DNA of 38,740 bases from Pseudobacteriovorax antillogorgiicola (lineage in GTDB: Bacteria; Bdellovibrionota_B; Oligoflexia; Oligoflexales; RGVZ01). The position numbers and the translations under genes were made by a program. The DNA lies in NCBI GenBank assembly GCA_945897695.1, contig CAMDGW010000001.1, positions 1-38,740 on the forward strand. The letters are read 5' to 3'. Shown in pieces: positions 25,721-34,797 of the stretch (position 1 is its first letter; each line of letters starts with the position of its first letter). Below the pieces are notes generated by a model. The model made no database searches. It had not been told where the DNA came from and saw only the letters and a program-made list of their open reading frames with translations.

Positions 25721-27178
25721 TCACTTGCCCTTAAGGGCATCAAGAAGTTTGTACTGGATGCCCGAAAAACTCCCAGCTGACATAAAAATAACGGCATCCC
25801 CTTCAGCGATGTTTTCAATCATTTTATTAAGAAGATCATCGTTTGATTGAAATGCATAGGCCTTGGCACCGATTTCACCGGCCAACGCGGCTGTGTTCAT
25901 TCTTTCATCAGCCGGTATGCGCTTATCGTCCGGGCATGGTCCAATGTAAACGGCATCGGCCAGGCCAAGTTTTTTTACATAGTCTTTTTGGAACGTGTTC
26001 CTACGGCTTGTCGCATTTTTTGGTTCAAAGGCGACGTGTAGTTTTCGTTTTGGATAAACAGCTTTAAACCCCTCTATCACCAGCCCGACTGCCGTTGGAT
26101 GGTGCGCAAAGTCTTCAAACACGTCGATATCTCCGGCATGGCCGAGATGGTCAAGTCGGCGGGCAACGCTTTTAAAGGAGACAATAGCGTCAGCAATTTG
26201 CTGACCTGTGACTTTTTTTATGAATCCTCCCAAGGCGAGACTTTCAACGGTGGCAATGACTTGAGTCACGTTGGCAAGCATGTGTTTACCTGACAGTGTG
26301 GTTTCAATTTTTAGATCGCCTAATGATTTTGTGTGAACCGTTGCCTCCCAAATCTGTGTGCCGCGGGTCTTTTCCCTGGCGGCCCAATGCCCAAGTCTAA
26401 CGTCGGCAGTATTGTCAAGGCCAGTCGTTGAAACCTTGACCACGCGAGCTTTTGGCGTGATACGGTTAAAGATGTTTTTAACCCTCTGGTCGTCCCAGTT
26501 AGCCATGATGGCTCCGCCTTCTGGAACGAGTTTGACGACATTATCAAATTGCGCCTCGATGGCCTCGACGTTGGCGTAAATATCTGCATGATCAAATTCA
26601 ATGTTATTTATGATCAGTTGGTGAGGGTGGTAGTGGAGAAATTTGGGACCTTTGTCAAAGAAGGCTGTGTCATATTCATCACCTTCGATCACAAATGTGC
26701 GGCCACGCCCCAGGCGGAAACTTCTTGGGAAATTATGGGGGATTCCTCCAATAACAAATCCGGGATCTTCGCCAAGTTCGTTTAACACATGCGCAAGTAG
26801 GGAAGACGTAGTCGTCTTGCCATGGGTCCCTGTCACGACAACAGAAATTCTTTTTGAAAGAAATTCATCTCCCGTCAGTTTGGGAAAGCTCGTATAGGGC
26901 ACGCCACTGCGAAGAAGTGCCTCAAGCTCAACGTGGCCTCGAGACAACGCATTGGCAACCACCACCACGTCAGGCTTTTCTGCCGTGAAATTTTCTGCAG
27001 AGTAAGGAGTTTTTACCGTAATTTTGAGTTCCTCTAGCATTGTCGACATGGGAGGGTACATGGCGTTGTCACTTCCAATGACATTAAAACCTGCTTCCTG
27101 ACAAAGGCCAGCAACGGCAGCCATGCCGGTGCCACCAATGCCCATAAAGTAAATTTTTGATCCTTTTTTAAGTTCCAT
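25721..27178 (-). CDS. mpl: UDP-N-acetylmuramate:L-alanyl-gamma-D-glutamyl-meso-diaminopimelate ligase (murein peptide ligase)
   Basis: Motifs IYFMGIGGTGMAAVAG...GFNVIGSDNAMYPPMS and the P-loop VVTGTHGKTTTSSL; Mur ligase length. Start taken at MELKKG (27178). The ORF is open to 27217. Confidence 0.85.
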   Translation of the reverse strand: MELKKGSKIYFMGIGGTGMAAVAGLCQEAGFNVIGSDNAMYPPMSTMLEELKITVKTPYSAENFTAEKPDVVVVANALSRGHVELEALLRSGVPYTSFPKLTGDEFLSKRISVVVTGTHGKTTTSSLLAHVLNELGEDPGFVIGGIPHNFPRSFRLGRGRTFVIEGDEYDTAFFDKGPKFLHYHPHQLIINNIEFDHADIYANVEAIEAQFDNVVKLVPEGGAIMANWDDQRVKNIFNRITPKARVVKVSTTGLDNTADVRLGHWAAREKTRGTQIWEATVHTKSLGDLKIETTLSGKHMLANVTQVIATVESLALGGFIKKVTGQQIADAIVSFKSVARRLDHLGHAGDIDVFEDFAHHPTAVGLVIEGFKAVYPKRKLHVAFEPKNATSRRNTFQKDYVKKLGLADAVYIGPCPDDKRIPADERMNTAALAGEIGAKAYAFQSNDDLLNKMIENIAEGDAVIFMSAGSFSGIQYKLLDALKGK

Positions 27179-27189
27179 GTGGCTGACCC

Positions 27190-28083
27190 TTATGTGACAG
27201 GTGAACTCATCGTCCACGTAAGTTTTCCATTTCGCACAATTGACTGCGCTCCCATGACCAGTGGAGCATTTGGAGCAATATGACCAAAATCAGGAGACGA
27301 AAAAGTAGGGAGCTGATAGCGGCTGTAAATTTCATTGAGAAGAACTGGCGCTGAATCAGTAAGCCCTCCGCCCAGCTCCGTGAACGCTCCGAGGACAAGG
27401 CCTTGAACGTCTTTAAGAAGGCCAGATTGTTGCCACTGATTTAGCATCCTGATGACTCGGCCTGGATTTTCGCCAATATCTTCAAAATAAAGGAGGTAGC
27501 CAGCGAAACTCCTTGGCAGGTAATTGGTTCCAATTAATGAGGTCAGAACGGACAAACAGCCGCCAAAAAGCAGGCCCTCCGCCTGGGAGGCACTCGAAGC
27601 CACAGGAGTGATATTGATACTTCCTGAATTTTTCTGGCCGCGAAGTATCGAAATCAGATCGTCAACGTCGTTAGTGCCAGCCTTTTTCCATGTAACTGTG
27701 GCAGGCATAGGGCCATGAATGCTCAGTCGCCCAGTTTTTGTGTAAAGGGCTGACTGGGCTGCACAGACGTCACTAAAGCCGATGATTGGCTTTATTTTCG
27801 CTTTGGTTATTTGCTCCCAAGGCACAAAATCAAGTAAGTCACTGGCTCCGTAGCCACCACGGGCCCAGAGAACGGCGTCACTTTCGTCTTCTAGTAAAGC
27901 CTGATTCAGAGCCTTTGATCGATCAGTCAAATTGCCGGCAGTCCACGTCCAGTCAGAATTTGGGGTCATTTCGTCAAATAGTATTTTAAATCCTGCGGCT
28001 TCCAGTTCCTTGATACGTTCAGCCAGCAGGCCCTCGCGGTCCATGCTTGATGCTTTTATGATCCGTATGGTTCTCACGTCCAT
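27190..28083 (-). CDS. ldcA: LD-carboxypeptidase (peptidase S66, muramoyltetrapeptide carboxypeptidase)
   Basis: Nucleophile motif IIGFSDVCAAQ and C-terminal DFGHI motif. 11 nt upstream of mpl. Start taken at MDVRTIRII (28083). The ORF is open to 28113. Confidence 0.85.
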   Translation of the reverse strand: MDVRTIRIIKASSMDREGLLAERIKELEAAGFKILFDEMTPNSDWTWTAGNLTDRSKALNQALLEDESDAVLWARGGYGASDLLDFVPWEQITKAKIKPIIGFSDVCAAQSALYTKTGRLSIHGPMPATVTWKKAGTNDVDDLISILRGQKNSGSINITPVASSASQAEGLLFGGCLSVLTSLIGTNYLPRSFAGYLLYFEDIGENPGRVIRMLNQWQQSGLLKDVQGLVLGAFTELGGGLTDSAPVLLNEIYSRYQLPTFSSPDFGHIAPNAPLVMGAQSIVRNGKLTWTMSSPVT

Positions 28084-28195
28084 GTGAAAACAAGTCTCCC
28101 AAAGAATGGCCATTTTGTGAAATAATGGCGCCTAGTTGTTAATGGGCCGCAATGACGACCCAGGCCCCTCATTGTACCAAAACTGGATCCAATTC

Positions 28196-29320
28196 ATGGC
28201 ATATAAATTTGATTGTCGATTTTTCAATGGCTATAAGCCCTGTCAATTTAAGCGACCTTGTGATGGTTGCGGTGAATATCAGCCCGTAAAGACGAGAGTC
28301 GCTATCGTATCTTTAGAGGCCCTGGGGGCAGTTCTTAGGTCAACGGTGCTGCTTGAGCCCATTCGAAAAAAATATCCGAATGCCCATGTTACATGGATTA
28401 CCTATCCATCCGCTAAGGCGTTACTTGAAAATAATCATGAGATTGATCGCTTGCTTTTAGTCGATGGCAAAAACAGTCAACTATTTGACCACCTGGAATT
28501 TGATGTTTTGATGGCTGTCGATAAAAGTCTGGAAGCTGGTTCTCTTGCTGAGCGGATTAAAGCTAAGACTAAACTGGGCTTTGGCCTCTCGCCGGAGGGT
28601 TATATCCGGCCCTTCAACGGCGAGGCTCATTATCAGTATGATGTTGGTCTTGATGATCATTTAAAATTTAAAGTTAACCAAAAGGCTGAAACGCAACAGA
28701 TAACTGAGTCAATGGCCATGCCGTGGACCAGAAGTGAATATATTTTAGATTTAACAGAAAGCGAAAAAACAGAAGTCAAGCGCCGAAGGTCCCAGATCCT
28801 GCAGCCGGGGACAAAAGGTATTATTGGATATAACACCGGATGTAGTCTGTTATTTCCCTACAAGAAATTTACGGTAGAGCGAGCCATAGAAGTTATTGGC
28901 GAGTGGCGAAGACGATTTCCAGACTACACCGTTGCCCTTCTGGGCGGTCGGGAAGATACGGAGCGGCAGGCCCAAATGAAAGCTGCGTTTATCAATGATT
29001 CTAGAGTGGTCAATACGCCCACAGCCGACGGCCTTCGCAGCGGAATGCTTTGGATGGATACGGCCGATATGGTGCTCTCAGGTTGTTCGCTTGGTATGCA
29101 CATTGCGATTGCTCTAAGAAAACACGTCATCGCGTGGTTTGGCGTGAGCTGTCTTCAAGAAGTAGACCTCTATGAACGTGGCATTCGAATACAGTCGGAT
29201 GTTACTTGTTCGCCTTGCTGGCGAAAGTCTTGCACCAACGAACCCAAGTGCTATGACCGTGTTGAGCCAAAACTAGTTGCCGATGAAACCGCTAAGATAC
29301 TTCTGGAGCTAAAGTTATGA
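28196..29320 (+). CDS. Glycosyltransferase family 9 (heptosyltransferase-like) with N- and C-terminal 4-Cys clusters
   Basis: GT9 N-terminal pattern RVAIVSLEALGAVLRSTVLLEPIRKKYPNAHVTWITYPSAKALLENNHEIDRLL. Flanking clusters CRFFNGYKPCQFKRPCDGC and CSPCWRKSCTNEPKC. Start uncertain (ATG 28196 preferred; the ORF is open from TTG 28136). Confidence 0.75.
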   Translation: MAYKFDCRFFNGYKPCQFKRPCDGCGEYQPVKTRVAIVSLEALGAVLRSTVLLEPIRKKYPNAHVTWITYPSAKALLENNHEIDRLLLVDGKNSQLFDHLEFDVLMAVDKSLEAGSLAERIKAKTKLGFGLSPEGYIRPFNGEAHYQYDVGLDDHLKFKVNQKAETQQITESMAMPWTRSEYILDLTESEKTEVKRRRSQILQPGTKGIIGYNTGCSLLFPYKKFTVERAIEVIGEWRRRFPDYTVALLGGREDTERQAQMKAAFINDSRVVNTPTADGLRSGMLWMDTADMVLSGCSLGMHIAIALRKHVIAWFGVSCLQEVDLYERGIRIQSDVTCSPCWRKSCTNEPKCYDRVEPKLVADETAKILLELKL

Positions 29321-30729
29321 CAGCACAGCATGTGAAGCTAACTTCTGGTTTTATACGTGATGCCCTTCGTGGCAAGGCAAAAATAATTGCTCCTAAGTTT
29401 GACGACGGAAGAGCCATTCACAAAGTCTCAACAGACTCGCGCAGCGTAAGCCATGGCGACCTCTTTGTTGCACTAAAAGGTGATGCTTTTGACGGCCATG
29501 ATTTTATTACCCAAGCGGTCCAGAACGGTTCGACCGCAGTTATTTGCGAAAAATATCCAGCCGATGCAACCCAAGACGGGGTTGATATCTTTCTCGTCGA
29601 AAACTCGCTGGAAAGCTTTAGAATTCTTGCTAGGCATTGGCGCGAGGTTATCGACCCTACGGTAATAGCCGTGGCAGGAAGTGTGGGAAAGACAACGACC
29701 AAAGACTTGCTTGCCGCAATTTTATCGGCCAAATACAAAAATCTTGTTTGGACCAAAGGAAGTCAAAATGGCTTTGTAGGTCTGCCTATAACTTTGATGG
29801 ACATAAAGCCAGATACTGAGGCTGCTGTCATTGAAGTCGGTATCGATGCACCTGGGGCCATGATTCAGCATATTGACCTGGTACGACCTGAGGTTGCTTT
29901 GGTTACAGCTATCTCCGAAGAGCACCTTGAATGGCTGAAAGATTTAGAGACCATTGCTCGAGAAGAAAATCTCATCTTGGAAGAAACCGCTCAAGCGGGC
30001 GGAACGAGTGTTATCAATCTCGATGACCCCTGGATTAAGCCATTGATGCATACGATCAAATCCCAAGGAAAGGTTGGATTTACCTTAGGTGGCGTTGCTG
30101 GGCCTCACACTGTCGCAGGGCGATTTAAGGGAAATACTCTTACTGTAGAGGGAATAGGTCGACAGTCATTTGCCATAACCTGCCCACTACCGGGCGAACA
30201 CAATGCAAGAAACCTACTTGGAGCCATTACCGTAGCCTTGGTGCTTGGCGTGACAGTTGATGAAATTGAAGAGGGTCTTGCAGGCTTTGTCTCAAGCGGG
30301 GGACGCAGTCAGCTGGAGACCTTGGCCACTGGTGGCCAGGTGCTCTGTGATTTCTATAATGCTAATCCTGCCAGTATGAGGGCTGCCTTTCAGGTGGCAA
30401 AAGAAAGCCGCCGTAAAAATGGCACACTTTGGCTGTGTCTAGGTGACATGAAAGAGCTGGGCTCAGCTGAGGAATCTCTTCACAGAGCGCTTGCAGGTGA
30501 CATCGCCGCCCTCGGCGCAGAGGTCAAGGTACTTTTGTACGGTGACCGTATGAAATGGCTTGGCTCTGAGCTTCGCAAGGTGCACCCCAATATTAATCTA
30601 AAGGAATTTGATCAGATTGAACCTATGGCCGAGGAAATTCGGACGCATTTTAAATCAGAAGATTTCGCGCTGATCAAAGGCTCAAGATCAATGCGGATGG
30701 AAAAAGTTTGGGAGCGCCTAAAAGTTTAA
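29317..30729 (+). CDS. murF: UDP-N-acetylmuramoyl-tripeptide--D-alanyl-D-alanine ligase
   Basis: Motifs DSRSVSHGDLFVALKGDAFDGHDF and the P-loop IAVAGSVGKTTTKD. The ATG overlaps the GT9 stop (ATGA at 29317-29320). Confidence 0.88.
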   Translation: MTAQHVKLTSGFIRDALRGKAKIIAPKFDDGRAIHKVSTDSRSVSHGDLFVALKGDAFDGHDFITQAVQNGSTAVICEKYPADATQDGVDIFLVENSLESFRILARHWREVIDPTVIAVAGSVGKTTTKDLLAAILSAKYKNLVWTKGSQNGFVGLPITLMDIKPDTEAAVIEVGIDAPGAMIQHIDLVRPEVALVTAISEEHLEWLKDLETIAREENLILEETAQAGGTSVINLDDPWIKPLMHTIKSQGKVGFTLGGVAGPHTVAGRFKGNTLTVEGIGRQSFAITCPLPGEHNARNLLGAITVALVLGVTVDEIEEGLAGFVSSGGRSQLETLATGGQVLCDFYNANPASMRAAFQVAKESRRKNGTLWLCLGDMKELGSAEESLHRALAGDIAALGAEVKVLLYGDRMKWLGSELRKVHPNINLKEFDQIEPMAEEIRTHFKSEDFALIKGSRSMRMEKVWERLKV

Positions 30730-30740
30730 ATAGGCTTTTT

Positions 30741-32600
30741 CTATTGAGAACCTTGATATAAAAATTCAAGCCAACCGCGATATCTAGTCGCCGCAATCCA
30801 GTCTGGAGTGTTGTCTTCAGGGATTAAACCGGATAGAACTTTTTCTTTGGCAAGACTTTGTCCTTTTATGGGTAGAAATAAATACTGATTTAAGTCGCTT
30901 GAAATAGGCCATGGACTTGTTTCGAAAATTGGTCTGTCAAAGAAAGCCGGATCGGCTGAGATGCCAGAAATTTCTGCTAAAAATGGAGCGATTTGGCTTT
31001 GTGCCGTAAAATTTGAAACTACGGGGGCCAATGCCCCGCGGTCTCTTAGGTCCTCAATGATGCCGCCTGTCAATGTCATCGAAACGTGCGAAAGAAGTCT
31101 TTGATAACGATTCGTGTCACTGCCATATGGGTTTTTCCAAGAGGGCTCGAGGTTGCCGTGATCTCCGACGACTATCAAGACCGACTGCTCCCACAGGTTT
31201 TTCTCTTTTAGGTTGCCAATAAAAAGATCGAGTGATTCATCAAGATATTTTACGGTCCGGTGAGAATCGTGAGCTGCAATAAAGTTTTTGGTATCCAAGG
31301 TGGCGTCACTGGGAACTGTCCAGGGGACGTGATTACTAACAGTCAAAATCATAGGCAAAAGGAGCTTAACACCCGGCTCTTTTGAGGATTCTTGTAATAT
31401 AGCAGCGGAACGATCAAATAATGCCAAGTCACTCACGCCCCAGCCAGTTGAAGGAGTGCCTTCTGGAAAATCTGACTTTGTCAGAAATCTACTGACGCCT
31501 TGATGAGTCCAAAACAGTAATTGACTATCAAATCGGCTATCGCCACCATGAAGCCAAAGGGCCTTAAACTCAGGACGGCTGCGGACTAAGGCAGGTAAAC
31601 ATTTCACTTTGGCATCAGGAAAAGATCTCATGAGGGATGTGTCGGTGGCTGATGGTGTGCTGCACCAAACAGACTCTTGCCCGCCGCGAGTCACCGGTCC
31701 TGAACTGTATAAATTTGTAAATTTAACCCCTTGCTCCTGCAAAGAGTCGATCGCTGGAGTTAAACTCGTCTGATCGGAAGACCTTGGACCGGTGTCAGCT
31801 TCTCGAAGTGACTCCACCAAAATAACTCCGATGATTGCTGGCTTACCTGGCTTTGCACGTCTCGCGACCTCCCGCCGGATCACGTCCGTAAATGAATTAT
31901 CTTCACCAATGTGTCTTGCATAAAGAAGACTATTTTGAGCCGTGACCTGGGAAAACACCTTAATCTCCTCTTGAGAGAGGCGTTTGATCTGGGGCTTTTT
32001 GCGCCAGTTGGTATAAAGTGCTTCAAGGTAGTTTGTTTGAAGTGGTTCAATGATAAACCAGTTCACTCTCCACCTGATGTTGGCGGCGTGAGCGCCTACT
32101 GCTACAAGCAAAGTGGCCGCCATAAGCATTGAAACGTTTCTTTTCTTCTTCTTGTAGGATTTGGCCGACCATGTCCAATAGGCAAGTCCCGCCGCCAAGG
32201 CAAAAATCACCGCTGACGATGGGTGAAATAAACTAGATCCATTGGCGGATAAAAACGAGTTGTCACCCATGTAGGTCAAATGGAATGGAATGATCTGAAA
32301 TTTAAAAAACTCAACATAGTTTTGATGAGCTGCAGTTAAGACACCCCATAAGATAATCCAAATAGTTGCGATATACTTTTGTGCATGACGCACTGGTTTT
32401 TGAGGAAAATACTCAAAAATCCAAAAAGGCAAAGATAGAAGGGTTGCCATCCACAGGTCGCTTAAAAAGCCCGTGATTCCCTCCTGCCACCACGGCCCAG
32501 CCTTCGGTCCGTATTGCTCAGATAGAAATGACCAGGCCTCAATGCGGTGTAGGAAAAACACCAGAAGCAATGAAATCAGTATTTTGACTGTCCGAATCAT
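30741..32600 (-). CDS. Membrane-anchored sulfatase/LTA-synthase family transferase (OpgB/LtaS-like phosphoglycerol or phosphoethanolamine transferase)
   Basis: Multi-TM N-terminus, then an alkaline-phosphatase-superfamily domain (IGVILVESLREADTGP, VVGDHGN). Start taken at MIRTVKILISLLL (32600). The ORF-track extension to 32828 overlaps the ATPase gene and looks spurious. Confidence 0.75.
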   Translation of the reverse strand: MIRTVKILISLLLVFFLHRIEAWSFLSEQYGPKAGPWWQEGITGFLSDLWMATLLSLPFWIFEYFPQKPVRHAQKYIATIWIILWGVLTAAHQNYVEFFKFQIIPFHLTYMGDNSFLSANGSSLFHPSSAVIFALAAGLAYWTWSAKSYKKKKRNVSMLMAATLLVAVGAHAANIRWRVNWFIIEPLQTNYLEALYTNWRKKPQIKRLSQEEIKVFSQVTAQNSLLYARHIGEDNSFTDVIRREVARRAKPGKPAIIGVILVESLREADTGPRSSDQTSLTPAIDSLQEQGVKFTNLYSSGPVTRGGQESVWCSTPSATDTSLMRSFPDAKVKCLPALVRSRPEFKALWLHGGDSRFDSQLLFWTHQGVSRFLTKSDFPEGTPSTGWGVSDLALFDRSAAILQESSKEPGVKLLLPMILTVSNHVPWTVPSDATLDTKNFIAAHDSHRTVKYLDESLDLFIGNLKEKNLWEQSVLIVVGDHGNLEPSWKNPYGSDTNRYQRLLSHVSMTLTGGIIEDLRDRGALAPVVSNFTAQSQIAPFLAEISGISADPAFFDRPIFETSPWPISSDLNQYLFLPIKGQSLAKEKVLSGLIPEDNTPDWIAATRYRGWLEFLYQGSQ

Positions 32601-32685
32601 GTAGTTAAGATAACATAGCTGTGACTGCATAAAAAGCGAGGACGTCACCATCACGGAACATAAAAAAAAACTAGAAATTGAAGGA

Positions 32686-34797
32686 ATGACCTGTGCTGGG
32701 TGTGCCTCGAAAATTACATCTGCCCTGCAGCGGGATCGACGAGTTTCTTCCGCTGTTATTGATTTTGCAACAAGATCAGGGGTGATTGAAGGCGAAATCA
32801 GTGAGCAGGAAATAGAAAGAATCGTCAACTCTGTTGGCTATAGAATTTCTTCATTTGGTCAGTTACAGGCCGAGACAAAAAAAAGTGCAGATCAGCTAAG
32901 TGCGGAGGTAAGGCGGCTAATTCCAGCCACTTTTCTTGCCGCTCCAGTGGTTTTAGTGGCCATGGGGCCTTGGAATGTTCCTTACGGAGCCTGGATTCAG
33001 TTATCACTCACCACAGTATTTATGCTTGGCCCGGCGTCTGGATTTTTTATCCGGGCTATAAAGCAAATAAGGCATGGATTTGTGACGATGGATACCTTGG
33101 TTGCCCTTGGTATTGGGAGTGCCTGGAGTGCTTCGCTGGTGATGATGGCCTCAGGCCATAGCGAACATTTATATTTTGAGTCGGGCGTTATGATCGGATT
33201 TTTTATTTTGTTGGGTAAGACTTTGGAAGATCAGGCGCGCAGAAAATCTATTGGCGAAGTTGATCGTCTTGTTCGACTGAGGCCCAGAAATGTTTGGCGT
33301 GTTGGCCCATCTGGTCTTCCAGAAGAGGTACCAGTTGCAAATGTCTCTGTTGGTGAACAAATTTATCTAAGACCTGGAGATATGCTTGCCTTAGATGGCA
33401 CCGTAGTTCAGGAAGCTGCGAGCTTTGATGAATCAATTATTACTGGGGAAAGTGTGCCAGTGGTTCGTTCCATGGGGGACGCGGTCCCTTCCGGAGCGAT
33501 CAATGCAGGGGCTACTGGCGTCACCATGAAGGTGACGGGTATCGGCAAGAATACGACGGTTGAAAAAATTATCCAGCTTATTGAAGACGCAAGACTTTCA
33601 AGGCCTCCGATACAAAAACTTGCTGATCAGATCTCTAATATTTTTGTCCCGGTTGTGATTGCATTGGCGGTGTTGACCTTTCTTTACTGGTGGCTACTAG
33701 GGGGACTTGACGTCACAGAAGGTCTTATGATTGGCCTCAGTGTTCTGGTCGTGGCTTGCCCCTGCGCATTAGGTCTTGCAACACCTGTGGCCTGGGTTGC
33801 TGGTCTTGGTCGGGCGGCACGGGCTGGTGTTTTGGTGAGATCTTATGAGGCCCTTGAGACATTGCGTCGAGCAAATGCGGTTATATTTGACAAGACGGGA
33901 ACGCTGACCGAAGGGCGACCAACGGTCATTAACGTGATCGGCTCAGATGAGCTGGCGCCTGAATTTTCATACGCCGCACTGCTTTCAACGTTGTCCCATT
34001 CAAGTCATCCCCTATCGAGAGCCATGGCTCACCACATTCGTGAGCTCCCGCTAATTTTGGACCCCCCTTTAAGTAAGCTCATTGAGGAGAGACCCGGCCA
34101 AGGCGTGATTTGTGAAATCAAGCTCAATCCAAAACATGTGATCAAATATGGTAGGCCTGAATTTGTGGTGCAAGAAATTCCACAGCAGTGGCTTAAGTCT
34201 CTAAGTTCGGGAAATCCCACGGTCGCAGTTTCTTTGGACGAAAAACCGCTATTTATTTTTGAATTGAAAGATGCCATGAGGCCCGATGCCCAGCAGTCAT
34301 TGGCTAGGATTCGGGCCCGCGGTTTTGAAATCTATGTTGCATCTGGTGATAAAGACTCCGTTGTGGATGGCTTAAGACTCCTGCTGCCAGAAGTGACTTC
34401 GTTCAAAGGTCGCATGACACCAGAGTCTAAAAAAGATCTGGTCCAATCTCTCCAAAAAACTGGAAAAGTAGTCGCTTTTGTAGGAGACGGTATTAACGAT
34501 GCTCCTGCCCTTGCTGCGGCTTATATTGGCATATCCATGGGAACCGGAACAGACGTGGCCGCGCATAGTGCAGGCCTCGTGCTTCAAAGGCCAGGGCTTT
34601 TGCCACTTTTAGACGCAATTGATCTCTCGTCGCGAATCACGAAAATCATCAAAGAGAACTTTTTTTGGGCATTTTTTTATAACGTAGCAGCCATTCCCAT
34701 TGCGATGATGGGATACATTACACCCATGTGGGCTGCAGCTGCCATGGCCTTATCTAGTGTTTCGGTTGTTACTAATGCTTTAAGGCTGAGACGTTGA
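32686..34797 (+). CDS. copA: Copper/silver-translocating P1B-type ATPase
   Basis: HMA motif MTCAGC, transmembrane CPC (VVACPCALGLATP), DKTGTLT and GDGINDAPAL. The true start may be the in-frame ATC at 32650; see findings. Confidence 0.9.
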   Translation: MTCAGCASKITSALQRDRRVSSAVIDFATRSGVIEGEISEQEIERIVNSVGYRISSFGQLQAETKKSADQLSAEVRRLIPATFLAAPVVLVAMGPWNVPYGAWIQLSLTTVFMLGPASGFFIRAIKQIRHGFVTMDTLVALGIGSAWSASLVMMASGHSEHLYFESGVMIGFFILLGKTLEDQARRKSIGEVDRLVRLRPRNVWRVGPSGLPEEVPVANVSVGEQIYLRPGDMLALDGTVVQEAASFDESIITGESVPVVRSMGDAVPSGAINAGATGVTMKVTGIGKNTTVEKIIQLIEDARLSRPPIQKLADQISNIFVPVVIALAVLTFLYWWLLGGLDVTEGLMIGLSVLVVACPCALGLATPVAWVAGLGRAARAGVLVRSYEALETLRRANAVIFDKTGTLTEGRPTVINVIGSDELAPEFSYAALLSTLSHSSHPLSRAMAHHIRELPLILDPPLSKLIEERPGQGVICEIKLNPKHVIKYGRPEFVVQEIPQQWLKSLSSGNPTVAVSLDEKPLFIFELKDAMRPDAQQSLARIRARGFEIYVASGDKDSVVDGLRLLLPEVTSFKGRMTPESKKDLVQSLQKTGKVVAFVGDGINDAPALAAAYIGISMGTGTDVAAHSAGLVLQRPGLLPLLDAIDLSSRITKIIKENFFWAFFYNVAAIPIAMMGYITPMWAAAAMALSSVSVVTNALRLRR

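Noticed and set aside
32662-32670. The A9 homopolymer upstream of the copA motif Met (and the T9 at 35162-35170 inside the HAD gene) as phase-variation switches
   Set aside because: A plus- or minus-1 slippage at the A9 run exposes no alternative start in any frame. The T9 run is simply in-frame Lys-Lys-Asn codons. There is no evidence of on/off switch architecture.
32601-32828. N-terminal extension of the LtaS-like ORF to 32828, overlapping the copA start
   Set aside because: The extension is antisense to the HMA domain coding region and has no membrane or signal features. MIRTVKILISLLL at 32600 gives a normal first TM helix.
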